This document shows positions 18,341 through 27,882 of a stretch of DNA of 64,000 nt, piece after piece. The DNA lies in the IMG/VR virus record IMGVR_UViG_3300010384_000001. One strand, given 5' to 3'. The number at the start of each line of letters is the position of its first letter. Position 1 is the first letter of the stretch. The notes beneath the pieces are model-generated. The model saw only the letters and a program-made list of their open reading frames with translations. It was not told where the DNA came from and did no database searches. The position numbers and the translations under genes were made by a program. The stretch comes from a virus.

Positions 18341-18947
18341 TAAAGCTCCTGTCTTTAACGGGTTCAGAATCTATCCGCGAGGCTTTCTTGGTGCTAGCCT
18401 TGGTGCAACGCCACAGCAAGTCTTGCGTCCTTATCAGGAAAAAGTCCTGACACATCAATTCCACCCGGAGATGTTTCAAGCACCGAAGAGTCCAGTTGAA
18501 GTCAATCACAACATCGAACAGATTTGGTCGCACCTGTTGCGCTACAATCATGCGGTGTTAGATTTCGATTACCGTCAAAAGGTTCTGCTGGTTGCGTTGA
18601 ATGCTTTCGGTGTAGATAACTTCCAGACCTGGACGATGGCGCAGTTCGCTGGTCCGTCAACTGGTGAGATGCATGCGGAGTTCTTAGAAGACACTCTGGC
18701 TTTCATCATGACTGGTAAACGCAAGATGCAGTTAGTGAACTGGCTGCCTCTGTTAACGCTGTCTGATCTGAATACCAATGTCACGATTCCGACTGAAGAA
18801 ATCAAAGCGTTCTTCGTTGACCCGCAAAGTAATCGTGCTCGTAACGTCAAACTGATTGATGTGCTTCAACGCTGGTGCTCGCATGAGGGTGGCTTTGAAG
18901 ATATGATTCAAACGCTCCATATCCTGTTTGGCGATATTCTTGCTTGA
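18333..18947 (+). CDS. Hypothetical protein
   Basis: The ORF opens at 18291. The first ATG at 18333 is preceded by AAGGAGC and overlaps the previous stop (ATGCCTGA). Confidence 0.7.
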   Translation: MPDKAPVFNGFRIYPRGFLGASLGATPQQVLRPYQEKVLTHQFHPEMFQAPKSPVEVNHNIEQIWSHLLRYNHAVLDFDYRQKVLLVALNAFGVDNFQTWTMAQFAGPSTGEMHAEFLEDTLAFIMTGKRKMQLVNWLPLLTLSDLNTNVTIPTEEIKAFFVDPQSNRARNVKLIDVLQRWCSHEGGFEDMIQTLHILFGDILA

Positions 18948-19055
18948 TAGACTCATGTCTAGATACTATAGCGACTTCTCTAGGATCCTAGTGACATCCG
19001 CGTAGAAAGAAGTCTATCATTTCTAATTACCTATTGCAATAGGAGTAACAAAACT

Positions 19056-21386
19056 ATGCGTATGCATGCAAACTATGGTGGTCTTCTGAATGGCCGTCTG
19101 AACGTGGCCCGCGAAGAAGACCAACAAGATGCAGTGGTCCTGGATGAAACTCAAGCCACGGCTACCGATGAAGTAACCGCAGAAACCCCAGTTGACGCTG
19201 TCGTCGAAACCCCTGCTGACGTGGTTGCTGAAGTTCCGGCTGAAACTCCGGCTGTTGACACTCCGGCAGATGGCGACGCATTTGTGGACGTCGTTCCGGC
19301 TGAAACGGTGGTTGATCCGTCCACTGCTGAAGCTACCGCTACTGGCGATGTGGTTGAGACCACTCTGGATGTGGCTGCAGAAACCCCGGAAGAAGTTGTA
19401 GCCGATACTGAACCTCTGGCAGATCCGCTGGCTGAAACCTCGCTGGTTGATGCTCCGCTGGAAGATGCCGCCGCCGCTTCGGTTGAGCCGTCGGTTGGTG
19501 AAACTACGGCTGACGTTACCACCGATGTGGATAGCGGTGCCGTGGTCGACGCTGGTACGGACGCAGGCGCTGACGTTGCTGCCGACGCCTCGGCTGCTGC
19601 CACGGTCGACCAAGGTGTTGATGCTACTGGCGATACACTCGCAGCTACCGTAGAAGAAACCCCGGCTACCGATGGCGTGGTTGCAACCACTGAAGTTGAG
19701 ACTCCGGCTGATGTGAATGTTGCTGACACCGTTGAAGGTGAAGCTGCAGCTGCTGACGTTGAAGCTGCTCCGGTTGTCGATGAAGTCCCGGCTGAAGCTG
19801 CTGCGGAGGTTCCGGCTGATGTGAATGTTGCTGAGACGCCTGCGGAAGAAACCCCGGCGGAAGTGGCTGCTGAGACGCCTGCCGACGCTGTCGTCGAGAC
19901 TCCGGCAGAGACGGTTGAAGAAACGCCTGCTGATCCGGTTGCTGACGCTGAAGTCGCAGCAGCTGCAATTCCTGATCTGGCAGTTGGTTCTGTTGTGGCT
20001 GATCCTGTCGCTGAAGAACCGGACGTTGGTACGGTTGAAGGCGGTGCCACTGGTGAAGCTGGTCTGACTGAAGAAGTCGCTGTCAACGACGGTGAAACGA
20101 ATGAAGTCGATCAGATCGATAGCTCGCTGCTGGAAGAAGGTGTCACGGAAGTTGATACCGACATCGATGGCGTGAATGCTTACGATGCCGACATCACCGA
20201 CATGAACGACGAACTGGATGATGTTACCGATAATGCTGGTAAGATCGAAGTAGCGGTGGAATCGCTCCGCATTATTGCTCAAAACGGTGGTCTGGATCGT
20301 TCCGGTGGCACGATTCTGAATCTGCACCTGCAAAGCCTGTATGCGAATATTCCGGGTATGGATGCTAAATCGCAACGTATGTCGATGGAAGCATTCGGCG
20401 GCGCTACGATGAGCAAAGTTGACGGTACGACGCTGGCGATGGAAGAAGCGAAGAGCAATCTGCGCAAGATCCTGGATCATATCGTCGAGATGATTCAACA
20501 GGGTATCGAGTATATCAAAGAAGCCTTTAAGAAGTACTTCGATGAATCCACTGCTCTGTATGTCAAGGCTAAGAAGCTCAAAGAACAAGGTACGAAAACC
20601 AATGGTCTTCCGACTGTTGATAGCTTCGTCGACAATGGTCTGGCTCGTGCTTTGTTCATTCCTGGCAAAGGTATCCGTGCTACGGAAGCCGCTAGTATTC
20701 TGTCGAGTGAAATTAGTAAAGTGATGTCTTCGGCAGAAGCGGGCTATGCTCAAGCTGAAGTGCTGATCTCCCTGATCAAGAGCACTGGTTCGGTTGATGC
20801 TGTGGCTAGTAAGATTCGCGGATCTTTTAGCGCCGGTGATAAAGTGTCGGCTGAGACGGTTGGTATCAATTCGGTTCCGGATGGTGCTGTGGTTACTCGT
20901 GATCGCGTGCTTCCTGGTAACCGAGCAGTCGTTAGTGTTTACCCGGCATCTAACAATGCACCAGTATCGGTGCTGGCTGCTAGCAAGATTCGTCTGGCTA
21001 CGTTTGATACGTCGATGTCTCCTCCTGAAGGCGCTAAGCTGGAAACCCTGTCGAAAGCAGACGCTGTGTCTGTTGCCAACATGGTTCAGCGCACCCTCAG
21101 CTATGTTCTGGCATTCAAGAAGAACATGGGTTCGATCGATAAGGTTAAAGGCGAACTGCTGGCTACCGTGCGTGCTGTTGCTGGTCAAGAAGGCGAGAGT
21201 GCTTCTGGTCTGTCGCAAACCGACATCGTGGCCCTGGCTAAGTGCGCTGCTCAATTCGCTGACCAACCGGCTTCGTCGTTCGTTCCGTATGCGCTCACCA
21301 CCTGCCGCGCTCTGCTGCACTACGCTGAGAAATCGCTGGCAATGCATGGTGCAACTGAAGCTGCTTCCGCTAAGGCTGCTGCTTAA
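19056..21386 (+). CDS. Hyper-acidic N-terminal tract fused to a domain paralogous to the next two genes (putative internal head / ejection-type protein)
   Basis: 776-aa ORF with an AGGAG SD. Residues ~355-500 align by eye with the N-terminal regions of the 444-aa and 435-aa neighbours. Confidence 0.85.
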   Translation: MRMHANYGGLLNGRLNVAREEDQQDAVVLDETQATATDEVTAETPVDAVVETPADVVAEVPAETPAVDTPADGDAFVDVVPAETVVDPSTAEATATGDVVETTLDVAAETPEEVVADTEPLADPLAETSLVDAPLEDAAAASVEPSVGETTADVTTDVDSGAVVDAGTDAGADVAADASAAATVDQGVDATGDTLAATVEETPATDGVVATTEVETPADVNVADTVEGEAAAADVEAAPVVDEVPAEAAAEVPADVNVAETPAEETPAEVAAETPADAVVETPAETVEETPADPVADAEVAAAAIPDLAVGSVVADPVAEEPDVGTVEGGATGEAGLTEEVAVNDGETNEVDQIDSSLLEEGVTEVDTDIDGVNAYDADITDMNDELDDVTDNAGKIEVAVESLRIIAQNGGLDRSGGTILNLHLQSLYANIPGMDAKSQRMSMEAFGGATMSKVDGTTLAMEEAKSNLRKILDHIVEMIQQGIEYIKEAFKKYFDESTALYVKAKKLKEQGTKTNGLPTVDSFVDNGLARALFIPGKGIRATEAASILSSEISKVMSSAEAGYAQAEVLISLIKSTGSVDAVASKIRGSFSAGDKVSAETVGINSVPDGAVVTRDRVLPGNRAVVSVYPASNNAPVSVLAASKIRLATFDTSMSPPEGAKLETLSKADAVSVANMVQRTLSYVLAFKKNMGSIDKVKGELLATVRAVAGQEGESASGLSQTDIVALAKCAAQFADQPASSFVPYALTTCRALLHYAEKSLAMHGATEAASAKAAA
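19113..20240 (+). repeat. Coding low-complexity acidic repeat (ETPA/DVVA-type)
   Basis: About 375 consecutive codons contain no K/R/H and, by my count, about 100 D/E. Degenerate units such as ETPADAVVETPA and EVPADVNVAETPAEE recur. Confidence 0.85.
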
Positions 21387-21401
21387 GTTAAGCAATTAAA
21401 G

Positions 21402-21457
21402 ATGTCCCTTACTCTTCTTGGTAAAACAAGCGGGGTAAGGGACATTTCTTTTTTTTA
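21402..21457 (+). terminator. Intrinsic terminator
   Basis: 11-bp stem ATGTCCCTTAC / GTAAGGGACAT encloses a small inner hairpin and is followed by TTCTTTTTTTTT. Confidence 0.75.
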
Positions 21458-21484
21458 TTTGTTATCGTAAAAGGTAATTAAAAA

Positions 21485-22819
21485 ATGCGCAAACGTTATA
21501 TCGATCCGAAGCAGGATACTTCGGTTTCGACGGAAAGCATGGGAACAGAAACGTTGAGTCATAATCGTCCTGTCCTGTCGCTGGAAGAAGAAATCGTTAT
21601 TCTGCAAGAAGCATGTGATTTACACAACCAGGTTCAAGCTGGGTTGGATGAAGCCGTGCGTGTTGAAGACGTCTCGAATAACCTTCTGGATATCTCTGAC
21701 ACGGTAGAAGGTGTGGCTGAACTGACTCCGCAACAAGCCGCTCTGATTGACACCGCTGCTGAAATGGCAGTGGCTGGTACTGATACCAATCCAGACGTGG
21801 TTATTCCTTCGATGGAATGCTACATCGGTACGAAACTGTCAGTCGAAGGTTTCCGTGAAACTGCTGCCAATGTTTGGCGTCAGATTCGTGAATATGTTGA
21901 GATGCTGATTGAACAAATCAAACAAGCACTCAAGAACTTCTTCAGCGCCCTGCCGCGTCAGCTGCAGCGTATCAAGATGCTGCGTCAACTCGTCGCTGCT
22001 AAGAAGAAGGAAGGCGCTAAAGAGCCGAAGTCGCGTGAAGTGGCTGTGGTGGTCGGCGCTACCGCTCTGTCGTATCCGGGTTACCTGATCAAAGATGCGC
22101 GCGAACTCAAGGCAGGTCTGAAAGATCTGAACAAACTGGGTGACTGGGTCTTTGGTCAATACACTCAATCAGTGAAAGCCCAGGGTTCGATTATCGCTGA
22201 AGAGCTGCGTGGCTTTGAACCGGCTAAAGCCTCTGATACTTTAGAGTCTGCTGCTAAGCGTCTTGGTGCTGCCAACTTCCGTAGTGTCATTTCTGGTGTT
22301 CCAAGCAACGGTTACATGGGTTGCTTTGAGATCAAGATGAAACGCATGCCAGACTCCAAGAAAGTTGGTGATCTGTCTGCTGCTCAAACACTGAACGCAC
22401 TGCGTCACACCTACGTATCGCTGGGTACGAGCAAGATGCCTGGTACGCATTCGTTTACGGTGAAGAACGTTATCGCTACGCCGACTCTGATCGAAGTGGA
22501 TGAAATTCTGAATTCCGTGGAAGCCTTAGTGAAAGCCATGTCTTCGTTTGAAGTCAGTAGCAATTACAAAGGTATGCAAGATACCAAACAAGCGATCACT
22601 GCTGCTGGTAATACTGCGGAAGCCACTTGGACACGTGCTGAGAATAACGTAACGGGTTCGGAAGCTGCGTTTGCGATGGACGTGATGAAGTCGCTGATGA
22701 ACTTCAACACCACTTACGCACGTTGGATGTCGAGTCTGCCGGGTGAATTCATCAAACGTGGTACGGATGCTGTACGTGCTACGCTTAACGTGTGTGAAAA
22801 GGCTGTCGCTCTTTACTAA
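21485..22819 (+). CDS. Paralog family member (putative internal head / ejection-type protein)
   Basis: 444 aa. The segment LSLEEEIVILQE...RVEDVSN...AAEMAVAGTDTNPDVV...VWRQIREYVEMLIEQIKQALKNFF aligns with the 435-aa neighbour. Confidence 0.85.
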   Translation: MRKRYIDPKQDTSVSTESMGTETLSHNRPVLSLEEEIVILQEACDLHNQVQAGLDEAVRVEDVSNNLLDISDTVEGVAELTPQQAALIDTAAEMAVAGTDTNPDVVIPSMECYIGTKLSVEGFRETAANVWRQIREYVEMLIEQIKQALKNFFSALPRQLQRIKMLRQLVAAKKKEGAKEPKSREVAVVVGATALSYPGYLIKDARELKAGLKDLNKLGDWVFGQYTQSVKAQGSIIAEELRGFEPAKASDTLESAAKRLGAANFRSVISGVPSNGYMGCFEIKMKRMPDSKKVGDLSAAQTLNALRHTYVSLGTSKMPGTHSFTVKNVIATPTLIEVDEILNSVEALVKAMSSFEVSSNYKGMQDTKQAITAAGNTAEATWTRAENNVTGSEAAFAMDVMKSLMNFNTTYARWMSSLPGEFIKRGTDAVRATLNVCEKAVALY

Positions 22820-22892
22820 CACGTGTGACCAATACTACCATCTTCACTGAGGATGGTAGTGATTCACTCGTCCATCCTCGAAGGATCTTTTA

Positions 22893-24200
22893 ATGAAAAA
22901 GTTTTTTCAACCTCCTACTGCAACAGTAGGTGATCTCTCATTAGAGGAGCAAGCTATTCTCTTGGGTGAGATTAGCGATGGCGATGCGACAATTCAATCG
23001 ACGATCGACAACTTAAACCGAGTTGAAGATACAGGGCAAGCTTTAGAAGATGTGTTAATCATCGCTGAAGCTACGCCTGAAAATGAGTTGGATGCGAACG
23101 CCTCGTTGGTGCGCTCCATTGGCGAGATGGCGGTGGTTGGTACAGATGCCGATCCTACTGTTATCTTTGCCGACCCAGTCTTAAGTACTGAGTCGTTAAG
23201 TGATGTGAAGAGTTATCTGAAGAAGATCTGGGAATCGATCCTGGAAATGCTCAGGCAACTGCGGGATCAAATCAAAGCATCGTTTAGTAAATACTCGATG
23301 TTCTTAGACTCGCATAAACAGCGCTTAGTGACATTACGTGATCAAGCCAAGAAGATCGATCCACGTAACTACAACGCTGAACAAACCGTTCCGTTAGGTT
23401 TGTGTGTGCGTAATGGTCGTGCTCCTCGAAATGCGGACGGTGTCTTAGACAACTGGGATATCGTGCATCAAAGCACTGAAAAGGTTTTGGTTGGTCATGC
23501 CGATAACGATGCCGCGGTTGCTAAAGTTATCACTGACTTACTGAAGAATTGCACAGGTAGTTTGAAACGTACGGAAGAACCAAGTTTACTGACGCGGGAC
23601 TTCTCTAAGCATATCGCACAATTCGTTTTAGACATGACGACCATGACTAAAACGCACAATGAGTTCACTAAACCAAAACGTGACGAACATTACCTTGGCG
23701 TGGCGTTAACGCCTGACTTACCTGGTGGTGTGCAACTCATGATGAAGATGCGTGAAGAACAAGTGGTCAGTAAGTTCACAGCGATTCAACGTCTGAATGC
23801 TTACTTAGCCAGCTTCGTTGAGTTAGAGCAGCATGCTAGCGATAGCAAGTTGTCCGTGGAAGTGAAACTGCCGCGTCCTGATATGCTGATTAAGATTCTT
23901 GACGTTGCAATTGACACGCTGGATATCGCACTTAGCTATTTGAACTCGGGTCAGAACAAACTTCAATCTGCGCAAAAACAAATTGAAGCTGCAACGACTC
24001 AATTGGTAGATGCAATTGATAGCATGGAAGTTCCGGAAGCTGCTCAAGCTTACGTGCAAACCTTCTTGCGTTTCAATAAACACTATGCCACTACCACGAC
24101 GGCGACTGCAAATGCAATGCTGCGTGTGGTGCGTCAACAGCTGACTGCAATCGAAGCGTTTACTAAGAAATGCTTAACGCATTATCTGCACATGGTTTAA
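22893..24200 (+). CDS. Paralog family member (putative internal head / ejection-type protein)
   Basis: 435 aa with an AAGGA SD. The segment LSLEEQAILLGE...RVEDTGQ...IGEMAVVGTDADPTVI...IWESILEMLRQLRDQIKASF aligns with the 444-aa neighbour. Confidence 0.85.
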   Translation: MKKFFQPPTATVGDLSLEEQAILLGEISDGDATIQSTIDNLNRVEDTGQALEDVLIIAEATPENELDANASLVRSIGEMAVVGTDADPTVIFADPVLSTESLSDVKSYLKKIWESILEMLRQLRDQIKASFSKYSMFLDSHKQRLVTLRDQAKKIDPRNYNAEQTVPLGLCVRNGRAPRNADGVLDNWDIVHQSTEKVLVGHADNDAAVAKVITDLLKNCTGSLKRTEEPSLLTRDFSKHIAQFVLDMTTMTKTHNEFTKPKRDEHYLGVALTPDLPGGVQLMMKMREEQVVSKFTAIQRLNAYLASFVELEQHASDSKLSVEVKLPRPDMLIKILDVAIDTLDIALSYLNSGQNKLQSAQKQIEAATTQLVDAIDSMEVPEAAQAYVQTFLRFNKHYATTTTATANAMLRVVRQQLTAIEAFTKKCLTHYLHMV

Positions 24201-24203
24201 TAC

Positions 24204-24249
24204 GTCATAGACCACTACTCTCGTTTTTGAGAGTAGTGGCTCTTATGAC
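24204..24249 (+). terminator. Stem-loop terminator with conserved outer clamp
   Basis: 11-bp stem CCACTACTCTC / GAGAGTAGTGG (24212-24239), plus an outer GTCATA / TATGAC pairing. Confidence 0.7.
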
Positions 24250-24307
24250 CTTATGTATTCCAGGGATAAAAACGATTGTATGAGTTAATATCCTTAAAGA
24301 GGAAACC

Positions 24308-25834
24308 ATGCCGAAGATTCTTTTAGCGGTTCCAGAGATGACAGAGTGCGTAACTCGCCCTGTGATCTTTGATGTGGTGCGTCAGTTAATTGATATCACT
24401 GGCTTGCCGACTAACATTAACATCCTCTACGCTGGAGACGGAGATAAAGCTAAGCAGTTAGGTTCAGCCATTGGCGTGCCAACTGGTGATGATCCCAACA
24501 AGTTTTCCTTCAATGACAAAATCTCGATTGAAGTTGAAGAACGTGTGGGTGAGTCTCGTGTATTAGGAGAACCTGTCTATGGTCCTGGTAACTTGATGAT
24601 CTTTCAAGACGAATCCTTACAGATCTTCATGAAACCAGTGTACTGTATGACTGACACGATTGTTCACGTTAAGTATCGTGCGAACAATAAGAATGCAGCC
24701 ATCTACTGGCGCGACACCATCGAAGCCAAGTTACGCCAGCGGCGTGACATCAACATGCATACGCTCACGTATAGTTACAACATTCCACCTGAGATGTTAT
24801 ACATCTTGCAGCAGCTGCATACTTTACGTGAAAATGTAGACGGTTATGGTGAAACTTACGATCAGTATTTCGAGAAGAACCGCCATCCAAGGATGACTGA
24901 GCAAACTAACTTAAGTGCCTCAGCATTACTGTGGTCTGTGCCAGAAACACAAATGCGCGTACAAGGTATGTTCGACTTTGAATTACCCGACAACGGCGCA
25001 ACGGAAGACGATGGTGCAACTTGGACGATCTCATTCTCGTATAAGTTCACTTATCAACGACCGACTGAAATTGCTATGTTCTACCCACTGGTAGTGCATA
25101 ACCAGTTGATCGCATCTAACTTGCGTGAAGATCCGGTTCAATCGGAAGATGATGTCTTGCAAGCGCATGCATTAAGTACTCGCGTATTGATCCCATTTGA
25201 GAATCACGTGGATCAAACCATTCGACGTGAAGAAGGTTTCTCGATTCCTTCGTTTGATGAATTCATGCCTGCATCGATTCCGATTCAAACCATGCGTTTG
25301 CTGACGATATTGTTTACGATTGATCAAACCAATCCGCAACTCTTCTTGTCATTGAAAGACTTAGGTAATAAGAAGTTCAGTGATGATATCCTGACTTACC
25401 TGGCAGATGAAGCTGACTATTTAACCAAGCCGTATCTGTCCGCTATCATGGTGAGTTTCTATCGCAATGAATACTTGATTGATCCGACGCCGCTTCGGAT
25501 TACTAAAGATCTCGATGTGTTTGGCACTACGGATATCAATCTGCGTCACCAACACCATATTCGGGTCGGGTTAGTGAAGGATCTGTTCTTACTGAAAGGT
25601 AATGCATTAGAGCGCTTACGCAGTCATGGTCGCGCTGCTATTCAGATTCTTGACACCATTGATCCTAGTTTAAAAGATCGCGGTTTGTTACCACCTTTGA
25701 TTGGTGATAATTATATCTCTAAAACTAGCTTGTTAATGGCGATGGAGAACATCCGTCCAGGTAACAATCCAAGAGGTTACACTATCAAGTTTGGTACAGT
25801 GCAAAGCTTAATCGTGGAAACTAGTAGCCAATAA
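24308..25834 (+). CDS. Virion (baseplate-region?) protein, function not assignable
   Basis: 508-aa ORF with an AGAGGA SD. It is the first gene of a tightly packed run that leads into the fibre genes. Confidence 0.8.
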   Translation: MPKILLAVPEMTECVTRPVIFDVVRQLIDITGLPTNINILYAGDGDKAKQLGSAIGVPTGDDPNKFSFNDKISIEVEERVGESRVLGEPVYGPGNLMIFQDESLQIFMKPVYCMTDTIVHVKYRANNKNAAIYWRDTIEAKLRQRRDINMHTLTYSYNIPPEMLYILQQLHTLRENVDGYGETYDQYFEKNRHPRMTEQTNLSASALLWSVPETQMRVQGMFDFELPDNGATEDDGATWTISFSYKFTYQRPTEIAMFYPLVVHNQLIASNLREDPVQSEDDVLQAHALSTRVLIPFENHVDQTIRREEGFSIPSFDEFMPASIPIQTMRLLTILFTIDQTNPQLFLSLKDLGNKKFSDDILTYLADEADYLTKPYLSAIMVSFYRNEYLIDPTPLRITKDLDVFGTTDINLRHQHHIRVGLVKDLFLLKGNALERLRSHGRAAIQILDTIDPSLKDRGLLPPLIGDNYISKTSLLMAMENIRPGNNPRGYTIKFGTVQSLIVETSSQ

Positions 25835-25846
25835 CGAAAGAATATC

Positions 25847-27208
25847 ATGCCGATTATTAATGATTCTCCTTCTGCACCGCCGACACCGCAACCGAACCCG
25901 ATTAAGGTCGCACCGGTGAGTTATCAAGGTGTTGCGCAAGATACCCGCTATACGCCGTTACGTTCTTTACTGACGCACGTTGAAGGTTCGTCGTGGACTG
26001 TAAGTTACTACAGCCAAGTGTTAGCACGCGACAACGCTGTGGCAATGCAAAACCTTGATCGTGATGCAGTGTTCCAGCAATACAAACACATCACTAACTT
26101 CGAGCTAAAGGTTACGACGCCGATTACGCCACCGACGCAAGATCAGAACGTTAAAGCACTTACCATCACTGGTCAGTCGAATGTCTATCCGTGTGGGGTG
26201 ATTCCGAATGAAGACGATATCTTCGTTGCGGAACTTTTAAATGGTCGCTCCGCGGTATTTCGGGTGACCTTATCGGAACAGCGTTCAATTTACGAAGAAG
26301 CCGGTTGGATTATCGACTACATCTTAATCGATTGGTTGAGCGATGATCGTCTGCAAGACTTAACTGAAAAGACTGTTGAAGAGTTAGTTTACGTCTCTGA
26401 CTTTCTTACCTATGGTCAAAATCCGCTGATCGCTAAGAGCGAATATGTGCAGCTTCAGCAGTTAGACAGCTTGTACGACGAGATTGCTAAAGATTACTTT
26501 AGACGTTTCGTAAGTAATGAATATCGCACGCTGTTGTTACCAGGGCAAACATTCCCAATCTACGATCCGTTCTTGACGAAAGCTGTTCTGTCAGTGTTTG
26601 GTAGTCAAGATAGTCAACTCGTGAAGTATGTCAGAGAACTCAACGTCAGTGACGATGATTCGTTAAAGACGCCAACGATCTGGGATGCGTTAATTGCTAA
26701 GAAGCCGTTCCGTCTTAAGACTGCCGCTACCAAGATGGGTCTGATGTCCTCGGCTACTTTCACCCGTGATCCGATGATGGATTCGGTGCGTTACTCCGGC
26801 GTGAAGTACGTGGTATATCCACGCGACCCGCAGCGCTCTGAAGATGATATTCGCATCCTGAAAGACAAGACGCTGTCGGATTGGCAGATTCAAAGTGTGA
26901 GTACTCGAGAGACGGACTTAGGTAAGTTAATTACGATTACGGAATTGCCAGGCTTACCGCAACGTGATGTCCCTGGTATTAATCGCTTTAACGATTACTA
27001 CGTTTTCTCAGAATCTTTTTATAAGAATTGGAATGTTGGTCTCTCTGCATTGGAGATTCAAGCCAAGCGTTTCTTAAACGACTACGCCCTTGACATTCCG
27101 GCTCTGTTAGAACTGACCTTAACCTGCAGTAACTGGGGTCCGTTAGACCAATTCTATCAAATCCCAGTATTGCTGATTTTAATTCGTTCTGCCATTAGGA
27201 GAATGTAA
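25847..27208 (+). CDS. Virion (baseplate-region?) protein, function not assignable
   Basis: 453-aa ORF that overlaps the next start by 1 nt (TAATG). Confidence 0.8.
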   Translation: MPIINDSPSAPPTPQPNPIKVAPVSYQGVAQDTRYTPLRSLLTHVEGSSWTVSYYSQVLARDNAVAMQNLDRDAVFQQYKHITNFELKVTTPITPPTQDQNVKALTITGQSNVYPCGVIPNEDDIFVAELLNGRSAVFRVTLSEQRSIYEEAGWIIDYILIDWLSDDRLQDLTEKTVEELVYVSDFLTYGQNPLIAKSEYVQLQQLDSLYDEIAKDYFRRFVSNEYRTLLLPGQTFPIYDPFLTKAVLSVFGSQDSQLVKYVRELNVSDDDSLKTPTIWDALIAKKPFRLKTAATKMGLMSSATFTRDPMMDSVRYSGVKYVVYPRDPQRSEDDIRILKDKTLSDWQIQSVSTRETDLGKLITITELPGLPQRDVPGINRFNDYYVFSESFYKNWNVGLSALEIQAKRFLNDYALDIPALLELTLTCSNWGPLDQFYQIPVLLILIRSAIRRM

Positions 27209-27882
27209 TGGGAGTCGTAACTGATAAAGCTAACCGGCCGACAGTGTGGTATCTGTTCCATCCGCGTTTTCTCTGCAAGGCACCACTGATGGCTACCACG
27301 AGCGTTGAAGATATTCGTCGCTTCGGTATGCCAACAACAGGTGATCCATTAATCGATCAAGAAATGAGTAAGGAGTGGCCGCTGCGTATGCTGTCGATCG
27401 CGGAGATGGAAGACATCTTTAACCGTGGTTACAGCATCCGCTTACAACGCTATGCTGATACCAAGACAGTGTACGAATACATTCGTGACCATTTAATCGC
27501 CTGGCGTTACTTCTTTGAGAACGCTGGTAATAACCGTGTACCGCAAGAGACGATTGATGAATTGATTCGTTTAGATAAATTCGCAGCGGTGGTGTATGGT
27601 CCGGCGAAGAGTCTGTTCTCGAAAGAGACTGCGACTTCTCTGTTTGGTCTGTATCGTCAGAAGCGTCGTCTGGGTGGTTTGATGTCCAGAAATGCTTTCG
27701 TCGAATCGTCAGAGAAACAAGAACGTCGTCGTGCGCAAGCCGCAGGTGAAATTCCTGCCGCTACCGAAGAAGTCAAGAAGAAGGAAGAGAGCGATTACCC
27801 AAGCATGAGTTCTGTCTTCCATAAGCACAAGGTAGAGACCTTTGCCTTTGATAGAACGATTGGCGGGATAGAATGGAAATAG
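27208..27882 (+). CDS. Hypothetical protein
   Basis: 224-aa ORF, translationally coupled on both sides. Confidence 0.7.
   Translation: MGVVTDKANRPTVWYLFHPRFLCKAPLMATTSVEDIRRFGMPTTGDPLIDQEMSKEWPLRMLSIAEMEDIFNRGYSIRLQRYADTKTVYEYIRDHLIAWRYFFENAGNNRVPQETIDELIRLDKFAAVVYGPAKSLFSKETATSLFGLYRQKRRLGGLMSRNAFVESSEKQERRRAQAAGEIPAATEEVKKKEESDYPSMSSVFHKHKVETFAFDRTIGGIEWK

Noticed and set aside
19023-21395. 790-aa minus-strand ORF, plus 311-aa and other antisense or alternative-frame ORFs, covering the whole acidic-repeat gene.
   Set aside because: This is an artefact of GAx/GCx/GTx-rich repeats, which lack stop codons in the reverse frames. The translation is Ser/Arg/Phe/Asn-rich nonsense with no SD. The plus-strand gene has an SD, a terminator and paralogs.
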